DNA of 64,000 bases from Bryobacterales bacterium. Lineage in GTDB: Bacteria > Acidobacteriota > Terriglobia > Bryobacterales > UBA6623. Both the position numbers and the translations under genes were made by a program. Every line of letters starts with the position of its first letter. Position 1 is the stretch's first letter. Positions 39,060 through 48,857 of this stretch are shown in pieces. Location: positions 259,432 to 323,431 of the forward strand of contig CBDBIU010000002.1 of the NCBI GenBank assembly GCA_965206025.1. Reading direction: 5' to 3'. The notes beneath the pieces are model-generated. The model did no database searches. It saw nothing but the letters and a program-made list of their open reading frames with translations, and was not told the origin of the DNA.

Positions 39060-40414
39060 TTATCTACTCCGGAGTTTTCTCAAGGTCGTATAGCCAACCA
39101 AGGCTATCAAATAGGCGGCGAGCGGGGCGCCGAAAATGTGGAACGGCGCCCAGAACGCCGACCCCACGGCCAGCGGTCACATGAGCGTCGCAACGGGGTC
39201 AAAGGATCGCTTTCCCTGTTCGGCCCGATAGCGCTTGATTCCAAGTTTCGGGAAAAGAAAGTGCTCGGCTACTACAAAAGCGCCCGGCGCGGCGAGTATC
39301 GTGCTCCACGTCGCTACGTAGTTCAGCAGACGCATGACGATGATCGGGAAGCAGGACAGTATGACCGTGAACAGACCGGCCATCAGAGTTACTTTCCAGC
39401 GCGGCCAGTTCGGCGTGACGCATTGCAAGGCCAGGCCTGATCGGTAGAGCGTCGGGTTAGCGGTGGTCCACCCCGAGATAAGCACCGCCAGCGCCCCGGC
39501 CGCCCCCAGTGCCTCATAGGCCATCAAGCCGGCGTCCATCTGGCGTCCGACGGCGGCCACCATGACGCCGGAGCAGATCCAAGCCAGCGTGTGTCCCAAA
39601 TACATGCCAAAGGCGGAAGCAGGCCGTAGCGCCAGTGTCGGGCGTAGCGGAACATGGCCATATCGCCCAGTCCGAGGTTGTAAGACGAATTGGACAGCCA
39701 GGCGAAGAAAACGATATGCCAGAACGTATACTTCTCTTGGCCCGGCGTCGGTACGCCGGTCCAAACGCGGGTCTTGCAAATCTCCCACAAGTTGCTCAGA
39801 TCATGGTGAACGCCCAATCGCGACAACATCGCAACCGCTCCCGCGATGAAAACGACCGAGATCCACGGTGAGCAAAGTTCGGAGAACTGGCTAAGTTTCT
39901 CGAATCCCCAAACCGCGAGGACGGTCATGGCCAGGCCGATCGTGAACGTGATGAGGATCCAACCCACGCTTGTCGGCAGCACGTCGCCGAGATCAGGGCT
40001 ATCAACTCCCACCGCGAGAGCTATCGAGGTGGCCGCGACCGACACCATGGCGCTCGAAATGATGCACTGGTACACCGCGATGAGCACGTTGTAGATAGCG
40101 GTGAACCCGGGCCCGGCAATTCTACGCAAGTACCAATACATGGTCAGGCGCGTTGAAGTAGCAATCGGAGCGCAGACAAAGGTCCACGACATCACCGAGA
40201 GCACGTTGCCGAACAGCAGTCCCCAAATCACCGCGGTTGCACTCACGCCATGAAGCACAAAGAACGCGCCGATCACGAATTCCGTCGCGGCGACGTATTC
40301 CCCGGCGAACAGGCCGGCGAACCTCCACGGACTCTGGAACTTGTCGGGCGTGACCGGCTCGCGATCGAACTCGTAGAGCCGATCCATTTGGTCGGTGAGA
40401 TTAGCGAGTTTCAC
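39060..40414 (-). pseudogene. Permease (NCS1 / purine-cytosine-permease-like) with a frameshift and an in-frame TGA
   Basis: Polytopic ORFs 39524-40414 and 39177-39788 join as ...RHWRYGLASAFGMYLGH... if one base is restored near 39618-39624. After the TGA at 39177-39179 the same frame continues PLAVGSAFWAPFHIFGAPLAAYLIALVGY to a TAA at 39060. Confidence 0.6.
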
Positions 40415-40688
40415 GATGCTGCTCGGCGCGTGGTCCGCGGGTAGGGGTCTTCAGGGGATGCTTGCTCGATACGGCGGCTAGTCGAGCTATCGTAGCGCAC
40501 TTTATGCGTGTAGGGCGCGGTCGATTGTCGGTCGCCCACCCGACAAGCACGGCTATCGTGACGAGCCGAAGAAACTTGCGAAACACGGCGAGACATTGTG
40601 CAATGCAGTGGAGAGGGAGTATGCTTTTGTGGGCAGCCTGGAGCCCTCAGCCACTGCCCCAGATCGGTTCACCGGGGAGCCACGCGTT

Positions 40689-42950
40689 ATGTTGATCAAA
40701 GCCTTTCGGTTCGTGTCCGCAGCCCGGTTGTTGGCCGCGTTTGTTTGCTTGGTGCCCTGCGTCTGGGCGCAGGGTGAAATTCCGTTACAACCTTTGGCGC
40801 AACAGGTCCGCCAGATCGAGGACGCCCTTAACTTTCTCGGGCAGCCGCTGCCGGCGGAGGTCCATCGCCAGATCAACAAGGCGATGGGCATGGAGGACGA
40901 ACGACGAGCCGTCTCGCGGCTACAAGAGGTCTTGGATCCCTACGTTCTCGCCGTGGTCGACATCAACCCAGAGAGCCGGGTCAAAGTCAGACAAGGGGCG
41001 GCCAAGCCGGTGCTGGTCGAACAGGGCACCAGACTTTTCTTGGTCAAGGTGCTCAACCAAGCCGGGGTTACCGCGCCGCTGGTAGTGGAGAGTCCGAACA
41101 GTGGGCCGAAATCCATCAAATCCCAGTCGGAACCCGAGCCCGAGATGGAGTTGACCCCACAGAAGGCCAAGGAGCGCTGGGCCGACCTTGCGGTCTACAA
41201 TAGGCCTCCCATGGCCGAGAGGCTTTCCGGGCTGGGCGTTGAGTATCAGGTCCTCGAAGCCTACAGTCACGATCGAGGACAGCGTTCGGCCAAAATCTCC
41301 TTCCACGTCGGCCAGGGGTCCCAGGACATCGGCTTTCGCAACGAGATCCTGGTGCTGTTCGACATCCAACCGTCGCGCCCGATCACTTTGCGCGTCAAAA
41401 ACGAGAGCGGCAACCCGGCGATCGCCAGCTTCATTATCAAGGACCGCGCCGGCAGGTTATATCCGAATCCTTCGAAGCGTTTAGCGCCCGACTTTCCCTT
41501 TCAGCCGCAAGTCTATCGCGCCGACGGAGAGAGAGTCCGCCTGCCGGCAGGTTACTACACGATCGAGTATTCAGCCGGGCCCGAGTATTTCACGCGAACG
41601 AAGGAACTGAATATCGATGAAAGCGGTCCCGCTGAGCTTTCCTTTCAGTTGCAGCGCTGGATCGATCCTTCGAAATACGGTTGGTGGTCGGGCGACCATC
41701 ACATCCATGCCGCGGGGTGCTCGCATTACAAGAATCCGACCGAGGGCGTCGAACCCAAAGACATGATCCGGCAAGTCTTGGGTGAGAGCCTGAACATCGG
41801 CGCGGTGCTGACTTGGGGTCCTTCGTGGTACTACCAGAAGCAGTTCTTTAGCGCCGCCGATGATGCCGTGTCCGAGCCCCAACGGCTGCTGCACTACGAC
41901 GTGGAGGTTTCGGGATTTCCCTCCAGCCATGCCGGCCACCTGGTGCTCATGGGACTCAAGGAAGACGACTATCCCGGCACCACGCGGATCGACGACTGGC
42001 CTTCGTGGGACCTGCCGATTCTCCGCTGGGGCAAGTCGCAGGGCGGGGTCGTGGGCTTCTCGCATTCCGGTTGGGGGCTGGACGTACTCAGCGAGGAGCT
42101 TCCCAGTTACGAAATGCCCGGCTTCGATAGCATCGGCGCCAACGAATACATCGTCGACGTAACCCACGATGCGGTGGACTTCATCTCGACCGTCGATACG
42201 CCCTATGTTTGGGAACTCAGTGTCTGGTATCACACGCTCAACGTCGGTTTCCGAACTCGCATCAGCGGCGAAACCGATTTCCCCTGCATCTACGACAACA
42301 AGGTTGGCCTCGGCCGAAGCTACGTGAAACTCGACAAGCTGACCTACCGCGGCTGGATCGACGGTGTCCGCGCCGGCCGCACCTACGTCAGCGACGGTCT
42401 CAGCCACTTGATCAACTTCAGTGTGAACGGGGTCGAGGTGGGCGATGGCGAGAGCGAAGTGCGCTTGAGCGAGGGGGACAAGGCACGCATTGAGGTCAAG
42501 GCCGCGGCGTACCTCGATCTGTTTCCTGATCCCAAATTTCACAACCTGCGATACGACGAACAACCGTACTGGCATCTGGAACGCGCCCGCATTCGAGGAA
42601 CCCGGAAGGTGCCCGTGGAGCTGATCGTCAACGGCGAGCCCGTAGCGAGTCGGGAAATTCTCGCCGACGGACAGATTCGCGACTTGGAGTTCGACGTGGA
42701 GATCCGGAAAAGCAGCTGGATCGCGCTGCGCATTCTGCCTTCCTCGCACACCAACCCTATTTTTGCGCTGGTTGACGGAAAGCCGATCCGCGCCTCTCGC
42801 CCGAGCGCCGAGTGGTGCCTGGCGGCGGTCGATCAATGCTGGAGCCAGAAAGCACCCAAAATTCGCGAAGCCGAGCGTGACGAAGCGCGCAAGGCGTACG
42901 ATCACGCGCGGGAGGTTTATCGAAAGCGCCTCGCGGAGTCGGTTCCCTGA
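40689..42950 (+). CDS. Secreted metallohydrolase, PHP / CehA-McbA-like
   Basis: Signal peptide MLIKAFRFVSAARLLAAFVCLVPCVWAQ. WWSGDHHIHAAGCSHY metal-binding style motif. Family assignment is from memory only. Confidence 0.5.
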   Translation: MLIKAFRFVSAARLLAAFVCLVPCVWAQGEIPLQPLAQQVRQIEDALNFLGQPLPAEVHRQINKAMGMEDERRAVSRLQEVLDPYVLAVVDINPESRVKVRQGAAKPVLVEQGTRLFLVKVLNQAGVTAPLVVESPNSGPKSIKSQSEPEPEMELTPQKAKERWADLAVYNRPPMAERLSGLGVEYQVLEAYSHDRGQRSAKISFHVGQGSQDIGFRNEILVLFDIQPSRPITLRVKNESGNPAIASFIIKDRAGRLYPNPSKRLAPDFPFQPQVYRADGERVRLPAGYYTIEYSAGPEYFTRTKELNIDESGPAELSFQLQRWIDPSKYGWWSGDHHIHAAGCSHYKNPTEGVEPKDMIRQVLGESLNIGAVLTWGPSWYYQKQFFSAADDAVSEPQRLLHYDVEVSGFPSSHAGHLVLMGLKEDDYPGTTRIDDWPSWDLPILRWGKSQGGVVGFSHSGWGLDVLSEELPSYEMPGFDSIGANEYIVDVTHDAVDFISTVDTPYVWELSVWYHTLNVGFRTRISGETDFPCIYDNKVGLGRSYVKLDKLTYRGWIDGVRAGRTYVSDGLSHLINFSVNGVEVGDGESEVRLSEGDKARIEVKAAAYLDLFPDPKFHNLRYDEQPYWHLERARIRGTRKVPVELIVNGEPVASREILADGQIRDLEFDVEIRKSSWIALRILPSSHTNPIFALVDGKPIRASRPSAEWCLAAVDQCWSQKAPKIREAERDEARKAYDHAREVYRKRLAESVP

Positions 42951-43089
42951 CCGGGCAAGGGAACGCGTTGCGGAGCGAGACGGTCGAGCGTGTGCGAGTG
43001 CGGGAAACTGAACCTGTGAAGGACAGTGACAGGCCCAGTGTTTGACCGACTATTCTCCACCAGTTCGCTCTCGTATGCGGGCGGCCTCG

Positions 43090-45201
43090 TCAGTACACGC
43101 GCTCGGTGCGGCGGGGGCGCCGATAAGGCTTTTCGAGATACTTGCCGGCCTCCGCTTGGGCGCCCTGCGTGTCGTCGCGGATCCGGACGGCGAGCTGATA
43201 CTCGTTGACGGCTCGTTCCCGTTGCCCGGTGATGTCGAAGATCTTCCCTAGATTGACGTGGGACCAAACCTGGGTCCAGGCGGGCTCCTGGTCCCCGTTG
43301 AGCGATTCGCGAAACTCGTTGGCCGCCGACTGATAGTTGTTCTGCAGAAAGAAGACCTCGCCGATGCGGTAGTGGGCCAGTGAGCTGTAACGGTTGATCT
43401 GCAGGGCTTTCTGGTACTCGATGAGGGCATCGTTGTAATAGCCGTACTCGACGAGTTGCTCGCCTTTGCGGATGGCCACACGCACGCGAATCTCGTTGTC
43501 GAATCGCAGGATGCGGTTCTTGGGATCGAGGATGACCCGTTTCGGCTTGCCGAACGTGTCAATGGTGTAATCGGAAGAGACGCCGACCACCTCGATGACC
43601 TCGAATTCGGGTTCCCCTTCGGTCTCGATCTTCAATTCGACTGGCATGCGAAACGTGTCCATGTCTTGCTTCACCTTGCCGAGGACGCGAAAGCCCTTGC
43701 CTCCGCCGAGCCGGTAGATCGTATACTCCTGGTTGAACTCGGGCGTGCCCCTCGACTCGGTCCACTGAATGAAAAAGGGCCCCAGATTCTCGCCGCTGAC
43801 GGCCTCCGCGGTTTCCAGAAAGTCGTCCGTCGTGGCCGAACGCCAGGCGAACTTCTCGATGAATTGCCGCAGAGTACTCTGGAACGCTTCGTCGCCGAGC
43901 ATCCAGCGCAACATGTGGGCGACGAGCGCGCCCTTGGCGCCCGCCAGGGCGCTGATCTCGAGCGAAAAGTCCGGCAGCCGCCCGGACTGAATGATGGGAA
44001 TCTCATCGTAGGTCAGCGCGTTGATCCGAATGTCTTGCATCGTGGCGTCAAAGGCCTCTTCGCCCTCTTCTTCCTCCACCTGCAGAGCGGAAGAATATGA
44101 CGCCAGGCCCAGGTCCAGCCACGTGTGGTTGCGGTTCCCCGGGGATACCATGGCCCTCCACCACTGGTGCGCTACCTGAGTGCCAAGCAGTTGACGGTTC
44201 ACTTCTTGACCGATCCCAAAGGGGCTGAGAAAGATGATTCCGGGGGCGGAATACCCCGTAGGGGCGGACTCTCCCATTTCGACGACCGCGAGCGATGTCG
44301 TATAGGGCGCGCCGAACTTGTCGGTGAAGAACTCGACGAAAGATCCCGCGGCATCTCCGTAGGCCATGCGCAGCTCTTCGTCCACCGAGTGAAAGTAAAC
44401 GTCGATGGAACCCGACCGGCCGTCCACGCGGAGCGGCTCATCGGGCAGAACGGCGACGCTGCCGGGAAACGAAGGACGGTCGAACGTGAATTTTTGCTTT
44501 TCCCTGCCGTCTTCGGCAAAGTCACGAGTCGGCAGGCCGCTAGCGACGACGTGATACCCCCCGGCCGTCGTGACGCTGATGGTGGAGGCGAAACGGTCCG
44601 CGCCGTAGCCGTTGACGGGGAACCAACGGCCGGGGTAGAGCAACAGGGCGCGATCGGGTTCGATCGAGGCCAAGCTGACTCCCTCGACGGGCGAGTCTTC
44701 CGTTCCCTGCAAACGTCCGTCGTAGAAGAACGTCACGCGGACGGGCTCGCCGACGGGCAGCGTGTCATAAAAGTTCAGCCGGATCGTGAAATCCTGCCGG
44801 TAGCGCACCGCCGGCACTTCCGAGCCGTCAGCCGCCTCGACGCGACTTAGATTGAGGCCGTTGTGCAACTCGAAAACAACCAAGTGAGTTTCTTCTCGGG
44901 GGAGGAATGTAACTTCCGTCCGCGCTTCGAGAACCTGGGTTTCGAAGTCGATCTCCACATCGATGTCGTAGGACTCGACGTCGATGAGCGGCCGCTCGGC
45001 CTGCGCATAGATTGAGACGGGCGCAAGCGAAAAGAGTGTTAAGACGGAAACGATCTTCCACCAGTCGGGCGCGCGCCGCGCCGGCGGCCCCCAGCGCCGC
45101 TCGGCGCCACCATTCAAAACACGTCCGGCGACCCTCAGCCGACGGGGAGGGATTCTTCTTCCCGCCTGGCGGGTGTCCCGGTCAGGTTTAGCCTGCTGCA
45201 T
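43090..45201 (-). CDS. M1-aminopeptidase-like protein with a degenerate zinc site, fused to C-terminal TPR repeats
   Basis: Collinear with the M1 fold, but the HExxH-18-E region reads TQVAH...WLDLGLA. C-terminal TPRs (YNDALIEYQKALQI..., NYQSAANEFRESL...). Start uncertain (ATG 45201 overlaps lpxB; TTG 45117 is an alternative). Confidence 0.65.
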   Translation of the reverse strand: MQQAKPDRDTRQAGRRIPPRRLRVAGRVLNGGAERRWGPPARRAPDWWKIVSVLTLFSLAPVSIYAQAERPLIDVESYDIDVEIDFETQVLEARTEVTFLPREETHLVVFELHNGLNLSRVEAADGSEVPAVRYRQDFTIRLNFYDTLPVGEPVRVTFFYDGRLQGTEDSPVEGVSLASIEPDRALLLYPGRWFPVNGYGADRFASTISVTTAGGYHVVASGLPTRDFAEDGREKQKFTFDRPSFPGSVAVLPDEPLRVDGRSGSIDVYFHSVDEELRMAYGDAAGSFVEFFTDKFGAPYTTSLAVVEMGESAPTGYSAPGIIFLSPFGIGQEVNRQLLGTQVAHQWWRAMVSPGNRNHTWLDLGLASYSSALQVEEEEGEEAFDATMQDIRINALTYDEIPIIQSGRLPDFSLEISALAGAKGALVAHMLRWMLGDEAFQSTLRQFIEKFAWRSATTDDFLETAEAVSGENLGPFFIQWTESRGTPEFNQEYTIYRLGGGKGFRVLGKVKQDMDTFRMPVELKIETEGEPEFEVIEVVGVSSDYTIDTFGKPKRVILDPKNRILRFDNEIRVRVAIRKGEQLVEYGYYNDALIEYQKALQINRYSSLAHYRIGEVFFLQNNYQSAANEFRESLNGDQEPAWTQVWSHVNLGKIFDITGQRERAVNEYQLAVRIRDDTQGAQAEAGKYLEKPYRRPRRTERVY

Positions 45202-46304
45202 ATCACCTCCGCGGCTCGCTGGGCGGCGGGCATTTCGCCCTCAAGACTGCGCTTCACCGCCTCCAAATCCTGCTTCATTCGCTGCCGCGCTTGCTCACTT
45301 TCTAATAGTCGTCCCGCTTCGCTTGCCAAGCGTTCTCCGGTGCAGTCGCTTTGGATCAGCTCGGGAACGATTTTCCTCTGGGCCAACAGATTCACCATGC
45401 TGTAGAAGGGAACGTCCACCATCATTTTCCCCACCATCCAACTCAGCGCCGTCACGCGGTAGAAGACCACCATCGGGGCGCCCAGCAAAGCCGCTTCGAC
45501 CGTGGCGGATCCGCTGGCGACCATCGCAAGATCAGCGTTCGCAAGTGCATTTTCCGTTTCGCCCTCAATCACTTGGACGGCTGGATCTGAGATGCGTTGC
45601 GCAAAAAATGCCCGTCCGGTGGTCGTCGACGCCGGCAACACGAAGTTCATCGGCCGTTGCTGGGTAAGCCGGGCGACCGCATCGAGAACCGGTCCCAGAT
45701 GCCGGGAAGCCTCGCCCCGGCGGCTGCCCGGCAAAAGTGCGATCAGCGGTTTCTCCGGCACCAGCCCGTGCCGGGAACAGAATTCCTCCCTTGACAAGGT
45801 CGGGTGGAGCGATCCATAGAGCGGGTGCCCCACAAACGTCGCCTCCACGCCGTGGCGGCGAAAGAATTCCTCCTCGAAAGGAAAGATGCAAAGCAGATGA
45901 TCGACGAAATCCCGCAGCAAGCGCACCCGCCGTCGTCGCCAAGCCCAAATCTGAGGGGCCACGTAATAGACCACCGGAATTCCCGCGCGGTGGAGTTTCT
46001 TCGCCAGCCGCAAGTTGAAGTCAGGCGAGTCGGTAAGGACGGCTAGTGCCGGCTTCTCCGCGACGGCCGCGGCCGCCAGCCGGCGAAACCGCCGGTAGAT
46101 GCGGGGAATGTCCCGCGCCACCTCGAAGATGCCCACGACAGCCAGGTCTTCGGCCCGGATCACCGGCCGCACGCCCGCTTCCCGCAGCCGCCGGCCGGCG
46201 CAGCCGAAGAACTCAGCCTGGGGCAAGCGCTCGCGCAGCTGTTCTACAAGCTGAGCGCTATAGCGGTCCCCCGAAGCCTCACCGGCCGAAACCAGAATCT
46301 TCAC
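45135..46304 (-). CDS. lpxB: Lipid-A-disaccharide synthase
   Basis: MKILVSAGEASGDRYSAQLV N-terminus; ~390-aa GT19 pattern. Confidence 0.9.
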   Translation of the reverse strand: MKILVSAGEASGDRYSAQLVEQLRERLPQAEFFGCAGRRLREAGVRPVIRAEDLAVVGIFEVARDIPRIYRRFRRLAAAAVAEKPALAVLTDSPDFNLRLAKKLHRAGIPVVYYVAPQIWAWRRRRVRLLRDFVDHLLCIFPFEEEFFRRHGVEATFVGHPLYGSLHPTLSREEFCSRHGLVPEKPLIALLPGSRRGEASRHLGPVLDAVARLTQQRPMNFVLPASTTTGRAFFAQRISDPAVQVIEGETENALANADLAMVASGSATVEAALLGAPMVVFYRVTALSWMVGKMMVDVPFYSMVNLLAQRKIVPELIQSDCTGERLASEAGRLLESEQARQRMKQDLEAVKRSLEGEMPAAQRAAEVICSRLNLTGTPARREEESLPVG

Positions 46305-46347
46305 TGGACTCAGTGTATCGAAGGCAGGGCTTTTTCTTCATGGGCGT

Positions 46348-46386
46348 TAGCCCGCCTTTCTCACCACGTGGCTGGCGGAAGCGGAA
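46348..46386. repeat. Degenerate mini copy of the MITE-like element
   Basis: TAGCCCGCCTTTCTCACCAC followed by a decayed right arm GTGGCTGGCGGAAGCGG. Confidence 0.45.
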
Positions 46387-46542
46387 GCAAATACCCGCCG
46401 TCAGGGATGTAGGTGCGCGATTCACCGCCCCCCCTTGCCGACATGCTGTACGCTGGGCGATGTACACAAACTGTTGCCGCCAGCCATGGCCGCCGGGCCT
46501 TTCGCCCCAATCGTTGTGACAGTTGTGAAAAACTCGGGCTAG

Positions 46543-47088
46543 TCACAAGCCCGCACGTTTCTCCCGCATCCTGGCGTTAAACTCTTCGGACTTGCCTCGC
46601 GGGATGCTCAGTGATTTCCAGTCGTTGCCGCGGAAATGTTTCGCCAGGAGAACGATCTGCCCGGCGTGAACGGCCGAATGCGACATGGCGCGGTTGACCG
46701 CCTTGACGACGGAATGCGCTTCTTCCCGAATGCAGACGGTCTTCGCGAGATCATCGTCGGCGAGACTCTCGAGGGCGTCGAATAAGCACTGCCAGCCTTC
46801 TTCCCAGCGCTTGACGATCGTCGCCTTGGTGTCGTCACTCACGTCGAATTCCGTGTCCCGGTGGCGGTCAGGCTTTTCGCCGTCCGAGGTCAAAAAGTCC
46901 GTGAAGCGCGAGCGGAGGTTCCCGCCGACATGTTTCATCAACGCGGAGATGCTGTTGGCTTCTTCGTCAAGGGTTGCGAAGAGTTGGTCATCGCTCAGTT
47001 GCGCGATGGCCTTTTCGGCGAGTCTTTTCAGGTCGCGAAACTGCCCCGCGACATCGGTCAGGTACAGCTCTGCGATGTTGTTCTTCAC
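46543..47088 (-). CDS. DinB-superfamily protein (DUF1572-like)
   Basis: 181 aa with ...MKHVGGNLRSRFTDFLTSDGEKPDRHRDTEF..., typical of DUF1572. Confidence 0.65.
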   Translation of the reverse strand: MKNNIAELYLTDVAGQFRDLKRLAEKAIAQLSDDQLFATLDEEANSISALMKHVGGNLRSRFTDFLTSDGEKPDRHRDTEFDVSDDTKATIVKRWEEGWQCLFDALESLADDDLAKTVCIREEAHSVVKAVNRAMSHSAVHAGQIVLLAKHFRGNDWKSLSIPRGKSEEFNARMREKRAGL

Positions 47089-47123
47089 TCCTCACCTCCG
47101 ATGAAAACGCCCTTCAAGTCCGG

Positions 47124-47351
47124 TCACGCGGCGCATTCTCGATTTATCACTGCACGACTTTCGCCACGGGCTGCTAGCCGCTTCTTCACCTGCTCAGGCT
47201 TGTGCGTGGAGTAGTTGTCCCGGATCAGATGCAGCTCCAGCGCCGGTGGCGTTTCGCGGTCGATCTTGCGTAGGAACTTGAGGAATTCCTGGCGCCGACG
47301 CCACGGCAGACACTCTCCGATCACCTTGCCGTCGAGCACATTGAAGGCGGC
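47124..47351 (-). mobile_element. Relic of an IS630-family (Tc1/mariner-type DDE) transposase gene
   Basis: AAFNVLDGKVIGECLPWRRRQEFLKFLRKIDRETPPALELHLIRDNYSTHKPEQVKKRL matches the central IS630 transposase block. The N- and C-terminal parts are missing. Confidence 0.7.
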
Positions 47352-47374
47352 CCCTCGAAGTGCTGGCGGGTCGG

Positions 47375-48007
47375 CTACACCCCCAACTGCCACAGAATAT
47401 ACCCCAGGGCCTCTCGGGCATAGTATTTGCCGCGGGTCCACCTGTTGTCGCTGCCCCGGCTGCGGGGAGAGCCGTAGACTACGAGCCCTGTGGCTTCGAG
47501 CATGCTCTTGATGCGGTGGATGTGGTAGCCGTCGCTGACCACAATGCAAGAGGCAAGCCCCTTCTGCTTCATGATTTCGGCTACAGCCGCGGTGCTTTCT
47601 ACCGTCGATCGTCCTCGTGAGTCGGCGATCACTGCTTCGGCAGGCACGTCCTGTTGCAGGAGATAGTCCCGGCCGACTTCCCCTTCAGCAAACTTCGAGT
47701 CGCGTCCATGGCCTCCGGTGGTGATGATGCGAGGCGCCAACCGTTGCCGATACAGTTCCAGCGCATGGTCGAGCCGGGCCTTGAGAACCGGGGAGGGCCG
47801 CCCCAAGTATTGCGCGGCTCCGAGCACCACGATCGCGTCCGCGGGTCGCGCCTCGTCGACCTGAGCCTGGCGCCAAACCTGGTAGTAGACCGTGGCGAAG
47901 TAGGAGGCACTCAGCGCGGCGAGGGTCAGCAAGGGAATCAGCAGCAGCTTCCGGCGCCTCGAGCGCCGCGACCCATCTACGACAGGTGTTGGGCTAGACG
48001 TTGCCAC
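47375..48007 (-). CDS. YdcF/ElyC (DUF218) family protein
   Basis: TM anchor followed by ADAIVVLGAAQY...RIITTGGHG...VVSDGYHIHR. Confidence 0.75.
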   Translation of the reverse strand: MATSSPTPVVDGSRRSRRRKLLLIPLLTLAALSASYFATVYYQVWRQAQVDEARPADAIVVLGAAQYLGRPSPVLKARLDHALELYRQRLAPRIITTGGHGRDSKFAEGEVGRDYLLQQDVPAEAVIADSRGRSTVESTAAVAEIMKQKGLASCIVVSDGYHIHRIKSMLEATGLVVYGSPRSRGSDNRWTRGKYYAREALGYILWQLGV

Positions 48008-48627
48008 GGTAGCGATCCTTGCCTCACAATGCGAGGGGGGCTGACGGTGAGGTCCAGGATGGTCGACGGCTGAAGGCGAGGAGCCGAGCCGCCATCAACA
48101 ATATAATAAACGCTGTCTCTGAGTTGCCGGGCCGCCTCAGCGGCCGTCGAAGCCGGGGGCCGGCCCGAGAGATTCGCGCTGGTTCCCGTCAGCACACCGC
48201 CGGAGGCGCGGATGATCGCCCGCGTCAATGGAGCAGCTGGCACGCGAACAGCCACCGTGCAGGTGCCGGCCGTAATTTCGCGAGGAACTTTCGGTCCCGC
48301 GGGAAGGATCACCGTCAGAGGCCCGGGCCAACATTCAGCGGCGATCTTCGGCAGAGGGGCGGGCACACCCGCCACGAGCCGCGGCAACCGCTCCAACGAA
48401 TCGATCAGCAGCAGCAGGGGCTGATTCTTGTCCCTCTTCTTGACGTGGAAGATTCGCTCGACGGCTGCCGGACAAAAGGGGTCCGCGGCTAATCCGTAGA
48501 CGGTATCGGTGGGGATGACGAGCAATTCCCCGCGACGGATCGCGGCGGCGGCTAGGCGCACCCTCCGCCACTGCGGCCTCGCCGGATGGATGGGCAAGAT
48601 TCGGGCGCGTCTGAAACTGGCGGCCAC
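47977..48627 (-). CDS. tsaC: L-threonylcarbamoyladenylate synthase (TsaC/YrdC family)
   Basis: LVIPTDTVYGLAADP, VAVRVP, LTGTSANLSGRPP. Confidence 0.85.
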   Translation of the reverse strand: MAASFRRARILPIHPARPQWRRVRLAAAAIRRGELLVIPTDTVYGLAADPFCPAAVERIFHVKKRDKNQPLLLLIDSLERLPRLVAGVPAPLPKIAAECWPGPLTVILPAGPKVPREITAGTCTVAVRVPAAPLTRAIIRASGGVLTGTSANLSGRPPASTAAEAARQLRDSVYYIVDGGSAPRLQPSTILDLTVSPPRIVRQGSLPWQRLAQHLS

Positions 48628-48857
48628 AAAGCAATTCTATTACGATTACAACGGGCGTCGAGTTTCACCCCGGCCACAGTCGTAGCACCTAACCCCCCTC
48701 TGCATCAAATAGTTCCCGCAGTTTACCGCATACCGCCGCCAACAGCCCAAATCGCCGAATGTAGCGGTTTCAGGGGTGCTCCAGGGGGTAGTGCGGGCTG
48801 CAAGTGGTTGATAAGTGGTGCCAGGGGGCACCACGGTAGGGGTGTAATTGTCCTACG

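Noticed and set aside
39177-39179. In-frame TGA in the permease as selenocysteine or a reassigned codon.
   Set aside because: TGA clearly terminates many genes here (ATGA overlaps at ftsI/murE and mraY/murD). No SECIS-like hairpin was noted, and the gene also has a frameshift.
40415-40600. Possible TPP or purine riboswitch upstream of the NCS1-like permease.
   Set aside because: The minus-strand leader has no CUGAGA/ACCUGAUCUGGAUAAUGCCAGCG (THI-box) or purine-riboswitch core motifs.
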